Origin: Nemertoderma westbladi
Lineage: Eukaryota; Animalia; Xenacoelomorpha
Assembly (NCBI GenBank): GCA_032718475.1
Contig: JAUCBJ010005272.1
Coordinates: 1 to 35,007 of the forward strand
DNA: 35,007 bases
Direction: 5' to 3'
The position numbers were made by a program, and so were the translations under genes. Within the stretch, counting starts at the first letter, position 1. Each line of letters starts with the position of its first letter. Positions 12,201 through 24,528 of this stretch are shown piece after piece. The notes beneath the pieces are model-generated. The model was not told the DNA's origin. It saw only the letters and a program-made list of their open reading frames with translations, and searched no databases.

Positions 12201-15200
12201 CACTAGGTCAATCATCTCTTCACGTTCATGGTTGGTGCATAAATCATCAGGGTTATTTGTTGCAGAGCAACCAACAATTTGGTTATGGTGTTCTTTAATG
12301 AACTTGTCAACATGAGCCTTAAATTCATTATCAAAAGCTTCCTCCAATAAATGTTTTCCAGTGTAAAAAGTATCATACAATAATTCACATTTTTCCGCAT
12401 CAGTTGTTAATAATTTATCACCGCATTTAAGTGATTCCACATTATTATTTCCTGCATTGTTTTCATTAATCAAACGACTGTATGCCTTCCAAAAGTTACT
12501 TCCCGTTTTTGTGTTTAGTTCATTAAGCTGCGTATTAAGCCAACTATTTCTTGCACTTAATAAAGCATCAGAAAATAACTCCTTTGCTTGTTTATGCAGC
12601 AGTTGTTAGGGAAAATTCACCTAGTCGTTATGGAAACGTGTATCACCTTCAATGTCACTACTAACCATAATATATAGCTAGTTATATTGTCTAATCCCAG
12701 TTTCAATCATAATTACATTGGATAAACAGCCGTTGCTAGGGAAAGGTCACATTGTTATAGCAAATAAGACCAAAATTATCTGGTTGCCATGAAAAAGTCA
12801 CTCCATTGCTAAGGAAGTAACCAACAGGCTCAGATTAATCTTCAATTTCTTTTACATATGGTTAAATTTTCATGCTTTTTGTCAAGCAATTAATGATTTT
12901 GCTATTTTATTAGCGTTAAGTCAACAGCGACTTCTTGAAATTAATGATGTAATTCACTCAATGTCTGCATACTTGATAATGAAGCAATCTTAAGGGCCTA
13001 GTCAGAACTTATATCAACTATAATGATACAATATTTAATTCAATCTGGAAGGGGCTACTAATGGTCCGCCACCCCTAACTCACACATTGATTTACACCAA
13101 CTTGTTTTCTATATTATATAATGATGCAATATTTAAAACATCAGTTGGGAGTCGAAATCCTTGAATATATAGAGAAAACAGATGCGGTGAATATGTACTA
13201 AACTGATTGAAATGTGCTTAAACTGGTGCATTATATCATTGAAAAGTCTATCATTGAAAATTGTACAATATGTTTAGTACACCGACCTGAGAAGCTTTAA
13301 TAACATTTAATTATGAAACTTTGGCTCGCACTAAATGTAGTAATACTGACTTACCGAAAGTAGGCCTACTTTATTCTAGTGTTGACATTAAGATATCTGT
13401 ATACCTTCTGCAAAGTACTCGTTTTGGTTTTTTGCGGCGTAAGTATTTTTCCACTTCCCATTAGCGATTGATGTTGTGTATGATTGTTTAACTTTAGCAA
13501 ATAATGTCTTATCGATTTCGTTTATCGCAACACCATGAATGCCATGAGCGAATTCGTGTAAGAATATATCTTCGCCACTGTAGCCATCCTGCAAAAATAT
13601 TATAAATTATAAAAAACTTGCCCACTCACTCACTATATTTGTACCATATATTAATCAAACTCAAATCAAATCTGATTTCAGTGATTGCCGCTTTGCACAA
13701 GCCTCACGCTATACCTAATATTTGGTAGTCTAGTGCACTCAAATATGAATTAATAATTATTCTATTATCTTACTCGTATGACCTGTAGTTTTTTTGTGTG
13801 GCTGTAGCTTCGCCGCAGAGATTACTGATAATGTTCTTACTATATTATCCGCCGATCCTGATAGGGGATGCTGGCATTGTCATATTGGTATTGCATTGAG
13901 CCGCCCCCTTTTGTGATCCAATGTTGAATATGAAGAACTCTGAATTAAAATTAAATGCTGTGTGACATAATTCTACGGTGCCCCTAAAGGGACATGATAT
14001 ATAATTTCTTATTGCTAATGCGTACCAACGACATATTAACTCAACTCGTTAAATCACATAGTAAACGTGCAAGCAACTTACTAACTTGTGCGAATGACTT
14101 GTAACTTTGTGTCAATGACTTACTAACTCGTGTGAATGACTTGTAACTTTGTGTCAATGCTAACTCGTGCGAATGACTTGTAACTTTGTGTCAATGACTA
14201 ACTAACTCGTGTGAATGACTTGTAACTTTGTGTCAATGACTTACTAACTCGTGTGAATGACTTGTAACTTTGTGTCAATGACTTACTAACTTGTGCGAAT
14301 GACTTCTAACTTTGTGTCAATGACTTACTAACTTGTGCGAATGACTTGTAACTTTGTGTCAATGACTTACTAACTTGTGCGAATGACTTGTAACTTTGTG
14401 TCAATGACTTACTAACTTGTGCGAATGACTTGTAACTTTGTGTCAATGACTTACTAACTTGTGCGAATGACTTGTAACTTTGTGTCAATGACTTACTAAC
14501 TCGTGTGAATGACTTGTAACTTTGTGTCAATGACTTACTAACTCGTGTGAATGACTTGTAACTTTGTGTCAATGACTTACTAACTCGTGTGAATGACTTG
14601 TAACTTTGTGTCAATGACTTACTAACTCGTGCGAATGACTTGTAACTTTGTGTCAATGACTAACTAACTCGTGTGAATGACTTGTAACTTTGTGTCAATG
14701 ACTTACTAACTCGTGTGAATGACTTGTAACTTTGTGTCAATGACTTACTAACTTGTGCGAATGACTTGTAACTTTGTGACAATGAGTTACTAACTTGTGC
14801 GAATGACTTGTAACTTTGTGTCAATGACTTACTAACTTGTGCGAATGACTTGTAACTTTGTGTCAATGACTTACTAACTTGTGCGAATGACTTGTAACTT
14901 TGTGTCAATGACTTACTAACTCGTGTGAATGACTTGTAACTTTGTGTCAATGACTTACTAACTCGTGTGAATGACTTGTAACTTTGTGTCAATGACTTAC
15001 TAACTCGTGCGAATGACTTGTAACTTTGTGTCAATGACTTACTAACTCGTGTGAATGACTTGTAACTTTGTGTCAATGACTTACTAACTCGTGTGAATGA
15101 CTTGTAACTTTGTGTTAATGACTTACTAACTCGTGTGAATGACTTGTAACTTTGTGTCAATGACTTACTAACTCGTGTGAATGACTTGTAACTTTGTGTC

Positions 15201-18200
15201 TACTACTACTACTACTAGGATCGGCATGCTGCATTGCAGCTGCATTTTTAAGAATGCTGTGCCGGCTTGTCAACAAAATTGCACCGCCACAACTCCCTAT
15301 CACCCATGACATTTGCTAGATCATCCGCATCTTTAAGGCCAGTGTCCTTTAAGATGCGTCTCAAGAAAGTCATGGGCTGTCCACCATGCTTATTCACTCC
15401 ATGAGGCTGCCAAAGTACAAGATTATGCACTGGCTGGTCCTCACGGCGAATGCAATGTCCTGCAAAGCGGAGGCGATTTTGTTCTAGTGTCAAGCTTGGG
15501 GGAACCAATGAGACACCTCCAATGTTATATAGTGTCTGGTTGGAGATGTGTGCATTGTACTTGACACAATGTACCCGGCGTAGCATTCTTGTGAATATGC
15601 CATCCAGAGATTTGGTGTCCTCAGCAGTTAGAGCCCAGCATGGACTCCCGTAGAGGAGTACTGGAACTACTGCTGCTCTAAATAATCGGACCTTAAGTTT
15701 CCGATTAATTCTAGGTGACTTCCAAATCCTGGAAAGCCTATTCAAGGCTGCCCATGCCTTTCCCTTACGTATTCGAAGGTCCTCACCTGACTTCCGGATC
15801 CATGATCCCAGGTAACAGAAGTCGTCCACATGCTCAAGCATACCATCCTTTGAGCTTATGCTCATCCGATCAGAAACTTGCTGAGGACTTTCAAAGTTAA
15901 CTGTCAGAATTTTGGTCTTTCTGGAGTTAATAAAAAGACCAACACTAGAAGCAGCATGTTCTAATGAGCTGAGGAGCCGCTGGGCTCCCTCTAATGATTC
16001 TGAGAGTACTCCTAAGTCATCAGCAAAGTCTAGATCAGTTATGTACTTGGCAGGATTTCCTCGACTTCTGGAGCCAGTAGGTGGAGTTATCATCACCCCA
16101 TCATCATTATGATGATCTAAGGACATGCGTAGAACATAGTCAACCACAATAATGAACAGGAATGGTGCAAGTGTGTCTCCTTGGAGGACGCCCCATAACA
16201 CTTCAAATGGTTCTGTGTCACCATCAACAGTAGACACAAATGTTGTCGAATGACAGTTTGTGTCAATGACTTACTAACTCGTGTGAATGACTTGTAACTT
16301 TGTATCAATGACTTACTAACTCGTGTGAATGACTTGTAACTTTGTGTCAATGACTTACTAACTCGTCCGAATGAATTGTAACTTTGTGTCAATGACTTAC
16401 TAACTTGTGCGAATGACTTGTAACTTTGTGACAATGAGTTACTAACTTGTGCGAATGACTTTAACTTTGTGTCAATGACTTACTAACTTGTGCGAATGAC
16501 TTGTAACTTTGTGTCAATGACTTACTAACTTGTGCGAATGACTTGTAACTTTGTGTCAATGACTTACTAACTCGTGTGAATGACTTGTAACTTTGTGTCA
16601 ATGACTTACTAACTCGTGTGAATGACTTGTAACTTTGTGTCAATGACTTACTAACTCGTGCGAATGACTTGTAACTTTGTGTTAATGACTTACTAACTCG
16701 TGTGAATGACTTGTAACTTTGTGTCAATGACTTACTAACTCGTGTGAATGACTTGTAACTTTGTGTTAATGACTTACTAACTCGTGTGAATGACTTGTAA
16801 CTTTGTGTCAATGACTTACTAACTCGTGTGAATGACTTGTAACTTTGTGTCAATGACTTACTAACTCGTGTGAATGACTTGTAACTTTGTATCAATGACT
16901 TACTAACTCGTGTGAATGACTTGTAACTTTGTGTCAATGACTTACTAACTCGTCCGAATGAATTGTAACTTTGTGTCAATGACTTACTAACTCGTGTGAA
17001 TGACTTGTAACTTTGTGTCAATGACTTACTAACTCCTGTTAATGACTTGTAACTTTGTGTCAATGACTTACTAACTCACTCATGTGAATCACTTGTAACT
17101 TTGTGTCAATGACTTACTAACTTGTGCGAATGACTTGTAACTTTGTGTCAATGACTTACTAACTCGTGTGAATGACTTGTAACTTTGTGTCAATGACTTA
17201 CTAACTCGTGTGAATCATTTGTAACTTTGTGTCAATGACTTACTTTCTCGTGTGAATGACTTGTAACTTTGTGTCAATGACATACTAACTCGTGTGAATG
17301 ACTTGTAACTTTGTGTCAATGACTTACTAACTCGTGTGAATGACTTGTAACTTTGTGTCAATGACTTACTAACTCGTCCGAATGAATTGTAACTTTGTGT
17401 CAATGACTTACTAAATCGTGTGAATGACTTGTAACTTTGTGTCAATGACTTACTAACTCGTCCGAATGAATTGTAACTTTGTGTCAATGACTTACTAACT
17501 CGTGTGAATGACTTGTAACTTTGTGTCAATGACTTACTAACTCGTGTTAATGACTTGTAACTTTGTGTCAATGACTTTACTAACTCGTGTGAATCACTTG
17601 TAACTTTGTGTCAATGACTTACTAACTTGTGCGAATGACTTGTAACTTTGTGTCAATGACTTACTAACTCGTGTGAATGACTTGTAACTTTGTGTCAATG
17701 ACTTACTAACTCGTGTGAATCATTTGTAACTTTGTGTCAATGACTTACTAACTCGTGTGAATGACTTGTAACTTTGTGTCAATGCTAACTCGTGCGAATG
17801 ACTTGTAACTTTGTGTCAATGCTAACTCGTGTGAATCACTTGTAACTTTGTGTCAATGACTTACTAACTCGTGTGAATGACTTGTAACTTTGTGTTAATG
17901 ACTTACTAACTCGTGTGAATGACTTGTAACTTTGTGTCAATGACTTACTAACTCGTGTGAATCATTTGTAACTTTGTGTCAATGACTTACTAACTCGTGT
18001 GAATGACTTGTAACTTTGTGTCAATGCTAACTCGTGTGAATCACTTGTAACTTTGTGTCAATGACTTACTAACTTGTGCGAATGACTTGTAACTTTGTGT
18101 CAATGACTTACTAACTCGTGTGAATGACTTGTAACTTTGTGTCAATGACTTACTAACTCGTGTGAATCATTTGTAACTTTGTGTCAATGACTTACTAACT

Positions 18201-19928
18201 CGTCCGAATGAATTGTAACTTTGTGTCAATGACTTACTAACTCGTGTGAATGACTTGTAACTTTGTGTCAATGACTTACTAACTCGTGTTAATGACTTGT
18301 AACTTTGTGTCAATGACTTTACTAACTCGTGTGAATCACTTGTAACTTTGTGTCAATGACTTACTAACTTGTGCGAATGACTTGTAACTTTGTGTCAATG
18401 ACTTACTAACTCGTAATGTCCAACTCCCAATGGCGTCCTAATTTGAATAACAGATTGTACCTTTTGTAAGGTGGTCAATGCCAGATGGGGAGTCCTTAGC
18501 ATGGATGACGAGGTACCTGGTTTTCTGGGACAATAACCATGAAGACCTGACTGACTTACAAACTATACTTAGTTTGTAAAAGTAATACTCAAAATAAAAA
18601 TACAACATTTCTAGCGGTTTTATTCAATGCAGTACTCACTTGTGCTACTGGGTAGCAATCCTGATTCTCTTCAGCTCCAGTTGATATGGGAATTGATAAG
18701 ATAGCGCCATATCCGCGTGATAATGCGGCAATGTGGGAATGTTCTGGAATGTCCGAAGATACTTCGTCAGCCGCCATTAAACCGGCTCGTCCTTGAGCAT
18801 TAAAGTAAGCGTCCCTTAAATCCCGCCTATCGGCGAACAGAAACCAAACCGTATAACAGGCTCGAGTTAGTGCACTGTCTGATACCTTGTCCGAGCTTAT
18901 TATTGGAATACCGTAAGCGTGGAGGTATTTCTTGTAGAAAGGAGATAGTTTGAGTTCTTCTTTCACAGAAATGGGAACCGGTGAAACATATTTACAGTTA
19001 CAGTTTCTCCAGGATCTACCACGGTCGGGAAAAAAGGGACTTCTTGCTGATCGGCTGTTAAATACGATTTTATAATCATGGAAACTTTTTGACAGAGGCA
19101 AATAGCAGAAAACACCTGTAACATTATAAAACATTTAGATATTAATTTTATTCCAAAATTCCAAAACATTTTAAACTCCATTAGTATCATATCACATTTT
19201 TATGTAGCTTAATATTACTATGGTAAGTTACAATAAAATTTAATTTTGAAAATAATTAAAATCGTAATCATTAAAATTGTTATCGTCACAAACAATGTAT
19301 TGGCAGATAGTCCTATAGGCCTAATACCTACTTTTATAGTGTTTATATTATATCAACCATAGGCTTACGACTTTCAAGACATTCAGGTTAGTGGTAGTGC
19401 AGTAAGTTGGTGTACCGGTAACACCGGTAAATGTGTTACCGCGATTAGCGGTTTTGCTACTTTTAAAGGTTAGAGAAATTCCATCCAGATTATACATTTT
19501 CTACAGTTTATCCATTTTTTTATACATTTGTTAACAACAAAAGTTTCATACACAGTACTTAATAAGTAGTCGTTTCGTATTGACACAATTCTGAAATTAA
19601 ACACACACTTGTCACCAATTAGTTTACAATGTTGTGCCCCACTATCTTTATTTACACCCACACCCATTACACAACACACACCTCTTTGACACTTATTCTG
19701 CGCAATCTTACACTTTCCTTTTGTTGACAACTCCACTTATTCGGACACATACAATACATGGGGGGGGGGGTTCTTGCAACTACAACCTTGGTTCTTCGGA
19801 TATTAGGAACCATTTATGTTAGATATTACATCATTGTATCACAGATTCTCAGCCAGACCTCAGACACAATGAGTTGACTAAGACTTACTGATCAACAAAT
19901 ATCCCCAACAACGTGGGAATTGAGCCAT
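3263..19928 (-). CDS. Gene B (6 predicted exons, ~375 aa): probably secreted zinc metallopeptidase + ShK protein, paralog of gene A
   Basis: Exons 19889-19928, 18640-19115, 13405-13588, 10028-10198, 4170-4400 and tentative 3263-3288 splice GT-AG in compatible phases to 1128 nt. Four internal exons align one-to-one with gene A. Confidence 0.87.
4170..4400 (-). CDS. Gene B exon 5: linker + ShK (ShKT) domain
   Basis: cccacAG|AT.. gives NLFKDYNTKFGC..FHLDSYSKEKFPTCKDRSQSCKGWAKQGLCKTNPSYMWNNCAKSCDWCFQF, donor A|GTAAGT; canonical ShK cysteine spacing. Confidence 0.93.
6290..7990 (+). mobile_element. Decayed older RTE-clade LINE (linker + RT)
   Basis: KAFDSIHKGKMLEILRAYGIPE..GILQGNTLALLLFVIVLDYVM in ORF 7241..7669, YLGSWI-like remnant near 7740, many frameshifts. 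The 6400-6620 part matches 21830-22060 in reverse. Confidence 0.88.
8161..8774 (+). mobile_element. Young RTE-clade LINE, internally deleted or chimeric copy
   Basis: 8299-8774 is near-identical to 33168-33654 and ends in (TAG)n; a 13-bp deletion removes the stop codon. 8161-8298 encodes an RTE post-endonuclease linker (HDWSSLL..QLSNRYEAL). Confidence 0.9.
9600..9760 (+). mobile_element. Short RTE RT remnant
   Basis: GGAGTTCTCCAGGGGGACACATTAACACCATTTATCTTC encodes GVLQGDTLTPFIF. Confidence 0.6.
10028..10198 (-). CDS. Gene B exon 4: C-terminal end of metallopeptidase domain (missing from the ORF track)
   Basis: ttttttAG|TA.. gives VTQTFFDVNGGNNNGADGIHNEIDTRVELESYDMVAYRLMEDIFPCKNTIINRCSKR, donor A|GTAAGT; colinear with 29034-29204. 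Confidence 0.92.
11049..12600 (-). mobile_element. Decayed APE-type LINE (RT plus C-terminal CCHC knuckle), not RTE
   Basis: YRPITINSYFAKLFERLMDNRL, IDFEKAFDSVWVNGLLYKL and CACGKPETEEHYLFEC in broken frames; the RT catalytic core appears deleted. Confidence 0.88.
13405..13588 (-). CDS. Gene B exon 3: HEFAH zinc motif, Y-x6-EYFAE
   Basis: tttttgcAG|GAT.. gives DGYSGEDIFLHEFAHGIHGVAINEIDKTLFAKVKQSYTTSIANGKWKNTYAAKNQNEYFAE, donor G|GTATAC. Confidence 0.93.
14076..18414. repeat. 42-bp minisatellite (dimer of diverged 21-mers), interrupted by a LINE, in gene B intron 2
   Basis: Unit AATGACTTGTAACTTTGTGTC-AATGACTTACTAACTCGTGTG; 14-aa period in the spurious ORFs. Confidence 0.97.
15201..16256 (-). 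mobile_element. Young 5'-truncated RTE-clade LINE with (TAG)n tail and 8-bp TSD
   Basis: Intact 329-aa RT C-terminal frame (GVLQGDTLAP, DLDFADD, YLGSWI). TTTGTGTC at 15193-15200 and 16257-16264; 6 extra nt at the 5' junction. Confidence 0.96.
18640..19115 (-). CDS. Gene B exon 2: end of signal peptide, short pro-segment (RSAR), N-half of metallopeptidase domain
   Basis: tgttacAG|GT.. within ORF 18589..19134; donor CAA|GTGAGT; homologous to 31203-31663. Confidence 0.9.
19889..19928 (-). CDS. Gene B first coding exon: start of signal peptide
   Basis: ATG at 19928, MAQFPRCWGYLLI, consensus donor A|GTAAGT. Splicing to 19115 yields MAQFPRCWGYLLISVFCYLPLSKS-FHDY, which looks like a signal peptide. 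Confidence 0.75.
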
Positions 19929-21414
19929 TTGGGGTGCTGATTAATCCGACAGATCAACTGTTGTTAACGTGATGATATCATTGATAATCACCCAGATATC
20001 GGAAATAAACAAACATAATATATTTTTTAATTAATCAAACAGAATTTATTTACAATATGGCAACTTATTGGTAAATCATGATAAATCTGAAATAGGTATA
20101 TGTAACCTTTCACGTTATCCTGTAGTTAGGAACGCCGAAAAATCATAAAAAACTTTTAAACAAAATTTAGTAGATTATAGAACTCCGCTTGGGTATTCTT
20201 CCTACCAAAGTAAATCGATAGATAGTTTATTTATATTATTTTTATTCAATTTATCATATTTATGATTTTTGAATAAGATAAGGGGGAAGTTTCCAGTTTC
20301 GAGTGCTTACAACGCCAAACTCTGGCTAGTTTTATAGAGGTATTATTATGCTGATGCCAAATGTGCTTCAAATAAATTGTACAAAGTAAAAAGCATTTAA
20401 TATTAGCAATCTATTCTGGCAGAATGAGTTGTTATAGAAAATATGTTGGCAAACGATATATTGGCCCATTAATATTTTAAACACTCCTGACAATGAGACT
20501 ATGTGGTGGATTTTCAGACCTGTCAATAGCAAAAACATCTTCAGTAAGTTTATTTTTCGAAATAAATATTAGATAGATTGTAGCCTTAAAGTAATTTAAC
20601 TTGTCGTGGGTATCGAGTATTAATTCGAATTTAGAATTTCAAAAATTTGTATTATCAATGACATGTCTAGTGTTTTTTATATTGTTATAAAATTAAAATT
20701 ATTGAAATTACTTTAACAATAATGACAAAAAAATATCTTCAAAACTATAAAAATATCGTTTTCGTTAATGTATTTTTTTTAACAATTTCAGGTTGGTACC
20801 CAGCGAAAATTATGATAATATGAAACCGAAACTGAAACTAATTCATCCTAAATGGCAATAATATTTATGAAAAAAATACTATGGATTTCGCCAACATCAC
20901 CATTCTCTAACTCATGCGTCCAGGTGTGGTATATACTGAAATGGCAATAGGCCATTTCACTGCTGTGATGAATAACAAGAGACTGTTCCCCGAAACAAAT
21001 ATATACTACGCAAAATTTATTCATTATTACAATACAATAATATCTTTATTTGTTGTGCAATTAAGGAAATTGCTAATGAATAATGTATTTGCAATTATGC
21101 TTAGGTTTATATGTTTGGGGGTTTAATTAGGTACGCACACGCTTGTCTGTTGTTAATTACATTGGCTGTTTCTGATTAACGAATGATAATCGAATTGCAC
21201 TTTGTGCTCAAAAGGGATGATGCCCTTTCGCCGTAGTTTAATGTATGACAGCAAATAAAATATCTATTACAATGTGTTCCCTCTTCTAATTCTAATTCCA
21301 CAACCAAATAAACATTCTCGTCGTATTTGATATTATCTTTCACCTAATAATTATAATAATACTTTGGCTAGTTATATATTGGCCTCCGACACACAAAACC
21401 CCACCCCTACCCCC

Positions 21415-21446
<32 letters not shown>

Positions 21447-21563
21447 ATACCTGCCAACACTGAACACAAATCCCCGTTTGGAAAACGGGCGATTGCTCAC
21501 AGTTTTGGCTTGCCCCGCCCACATACATGCACAGATCGGGGAACACATTTACCATTTAGTGTA

Positions 21564-22609
21564 CTACTACTGCTAGCGCTAGGACGAGCGAACTCGGACA
21601 GTGGAAATGAGGTGTAGGATGACTCTATAGGTAGCTTCTTGTCATATATTTTCCTTGTAGGGCTGACCTCGATGTTTGGTGGCTGCCCAAGCAAGTTTCT
21701 GAAGTGATCTTTCCAATTCCCAACACGTTCTTCGGGACTATCAGCTTTGAAGTGCCCCTTATCTCAACTTTTCCGACCAGATACCTCATTTACAGTTTGC
21801 CTTGATTGTTGGTGTATATTAGCAGTTGTAATTTCATCAATCTTGTCCTGTATGTACTTCTCCTGGCTGATGCTGTAGGTCAATTTAAGATCTTCCTTAG
21901 CTTTCTCAACCTTGTTGAATGTTGATGTTTTCGGTTGTTGGTTGTTCGATTTTTACTTTGTAAGCTATCTTAAGATCTTCTCTCTTACAAGTAACCTCAG
22001 AGTCTTGCCACCAGTCTTGCCAACATAATGTTTTCGTTTGGGTTTCTGGGGAATAAGCCTCTTGGCTGATTCCTTATGGCTTTTATTATATTCTGTTGTA
22101 TTGAATCTGTAGACCGGTCTTCATCAATTGACTGAACTACTTCAAATCGGTTTTGAACTTCTACTGTGTTAGCATCCTTTACTGCATTGTCAGTTCTGAG
22201 TTTCGCCCAGTCATAGTTGATATGCTTGCATGTCCTGGGATTGCTGGCTCTTAAACTGAGTCTGATCTCGCAGTTAATCATGCTGTTTCTCCACTTTTTG
22301 TTTATAAGGATGTATAATCCAGCTGTGCCTTGGATACATTAGAGTATTGAAAGGTCCATAGCTTCCCCTTATTCTTTTCGAATGTGGTGTTTGTTTGTAT
22401 CAATTCACATTCTTCCATTAGGTCTAAGAGTAAGCACCCATTTCTGTTCGAACTGGTGTTATAGGAACATAGTGTAACACTTGATGTATTCTGGGCCAAT
22501 TTGAGCATTGAAGTCACCAGCAATGACGTTGATGTTGTGTTTCGGAATGTCCTTTATAAGTCACGTCAGATCTTCATAAAACTTTAGATCCTCATACAGA
22601 TTGTTCTGA
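21564..22609 (-). mobile_element. Older RTE-clade LINE, internally deleted, with 11-bp TSD
   Basis: Endonuclease remnants (IAGDFNAQIG, NRNGCLLLDL, LWTFQY..AQLDY) and linker (VQNRFEV) joined to a short 3' end with (AGT)n. CATTTAGTGTA at 21553-21563 and 22610-22620. Confidence 0.85.
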
Positions 22610-24528
22610 CATTTAGTGTATGGTACATCAGTAATGGGATAAATTAGAGTTGAGCTGATAATGCTCCTGTAGTGAATGATTTATTCATTGATTGAGTGAT
22701 TTCAATATGATATTGTTCAGAAATGAAAAAAATTAGGAAGCATGTCACACTGGGTTCAACCAGTTTTTTTGGGACTAATGTTTCGAGTACGACACCTGGA
22801 GAGGGATACAAGTTGCGATCCAAAACACTTATACATTATACATTGTACCCAGCTGTTATATCCCATGTGGCCATGTCTTAGTTATACTGTCTTGGGTGAT
22901 GGGATTTACTACTGATGTACAGCAGTACTGATATACTGCGGTAGGCTACTGAATCTGTACCAGGATAGCAGTACTAGCACTGGACCCACTGATGACTGAT
23001 TATTATTATATTACACCTTATATATTATGACCTCATATATTATATGTATATGGTTGCGAACACATCATGGTGCTGTGAGTAGGATAATTTTCAGCATCAC
23101 AGATACATAATCAATAGACGGGTTTAAAAGATGGAAACTGGCTGGATTAACTACCAATGAGTCATTAAACTCGAAGAGAAACCCTACTGACTACTGAGAC
23201 CAGATATCTACATTCTAGACATTTTGCACTCCAGAATTCTTACAGCAAATTGTGTCTGTTGGCACTGTGCCAAGCATCCTGATTACCGTCTGGTGTGGAA
23301 CGAAATGGTGCAGTGATTTTCGTTCTGTGGGTCTTTGATTATTGATGTCTTTTAATTTTTTCTGAACCTTTTTTTATCATTCAATTTCTTGGGAGCAGCT
23401 TGTTTGTCCACAGTTATTGTGGTCCTACTTGGTTAGATAGATAGATATAGAGGAGTGAAAAGCAAGGGACCAACCGATCCGATGATTCTTATTTTATTTT
23501 TATAAGAGGGCAGCTATCACTGAGTAAGTAGAAATCACGCTGTGCTTTTGTAGATTTCTCTTGTGCAAAGCTTGATTGGGCAGCAGTAAGTACATAACTT
23601 CTACTTTTAAGAGATATGCCTGATTGGTTAGTACTGTTCGTAAAAATGTCTTGAATTCAGTATTCCAACGTAAAGTGCTTCTTCCCTCATTGACTGAAGG
23701 CGGGGTAACATGATGGTTGCAAAAATGGTTTGAAATATACATAGTGGTATCATTTACTTTTATTAAATATTAATTGTCTAATAAATAAATTACTTTTTAT
23801 GATAATAGTATGATGCTGAAGAAAAAATATAATTAATTTGATACATTGACGCATATGACAACGATGTTACATAACAAAAAATACCATATAAACAATACGT
23901 CGCATATAGTATGGGAAGACAAGTATAATTTGTAAACTAGGAAAGCAACTGATAAAGTACTCATAGTGATATATTCCCAAGCATGAAGCTGACCATAGCC
24001 GATGTCATTGCCAGCAGTTAGTAGTGCTTAAGGCCATAGGTTCCAAAAAAGGGGAGAATTGTACCACACAAAAGGTTATAACGGTTCTACAATATTAAGC
24101 GAAGGTTTAACAAAATAGTTCTAGTATGGTACCTCAAAACATGCGGAAATGCTCTAAGTCAACAAAGAGTGACAAATATTGATATTTTGTCGAATTAATG
24201 TAAATAGAGAGAGATTGGTGGAGGCTTATTAATAATAACATAGCACAAAATTGTCAGGTTCAGAGATTCACTAGTGCCAAATGCATAGAATAGTTGTAGG
24301 TTTCGAAGCCGCGTCTGTCTACACTATTTTGAAAAAGATTAGCATTGGATTGATTATGAATACGAGGAATCTTTGACCCTATTGACTTCAGTAATTCGTT
24401 ACAAGTAACAAATGGAATTCTGGGAAATGGGACTGTTACATGTGGTAATGCTACCGATTAGCAGTTTCTGCTAGCGAACAGCGGGATTTGTTACCATTGG
24501 GCATTCATTACATTGTATGATTTAGCAC

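Noticed and set aside
13544-13575. Astacin/MMP (metzincin) assignment suggested by the ShK fusion
   Set aside because: No HEXXHXXGXXH extension or Met-turn; the third ligand appears to be the Glu of EYFAE.
14306-17571. Long ORFs of repeating TQSYKSFTRVSKSL
   Set aside because: By-product of a 42-bp unit lacking stops in one frame; broken by indels and a LINE, and inside gene B intron 2.
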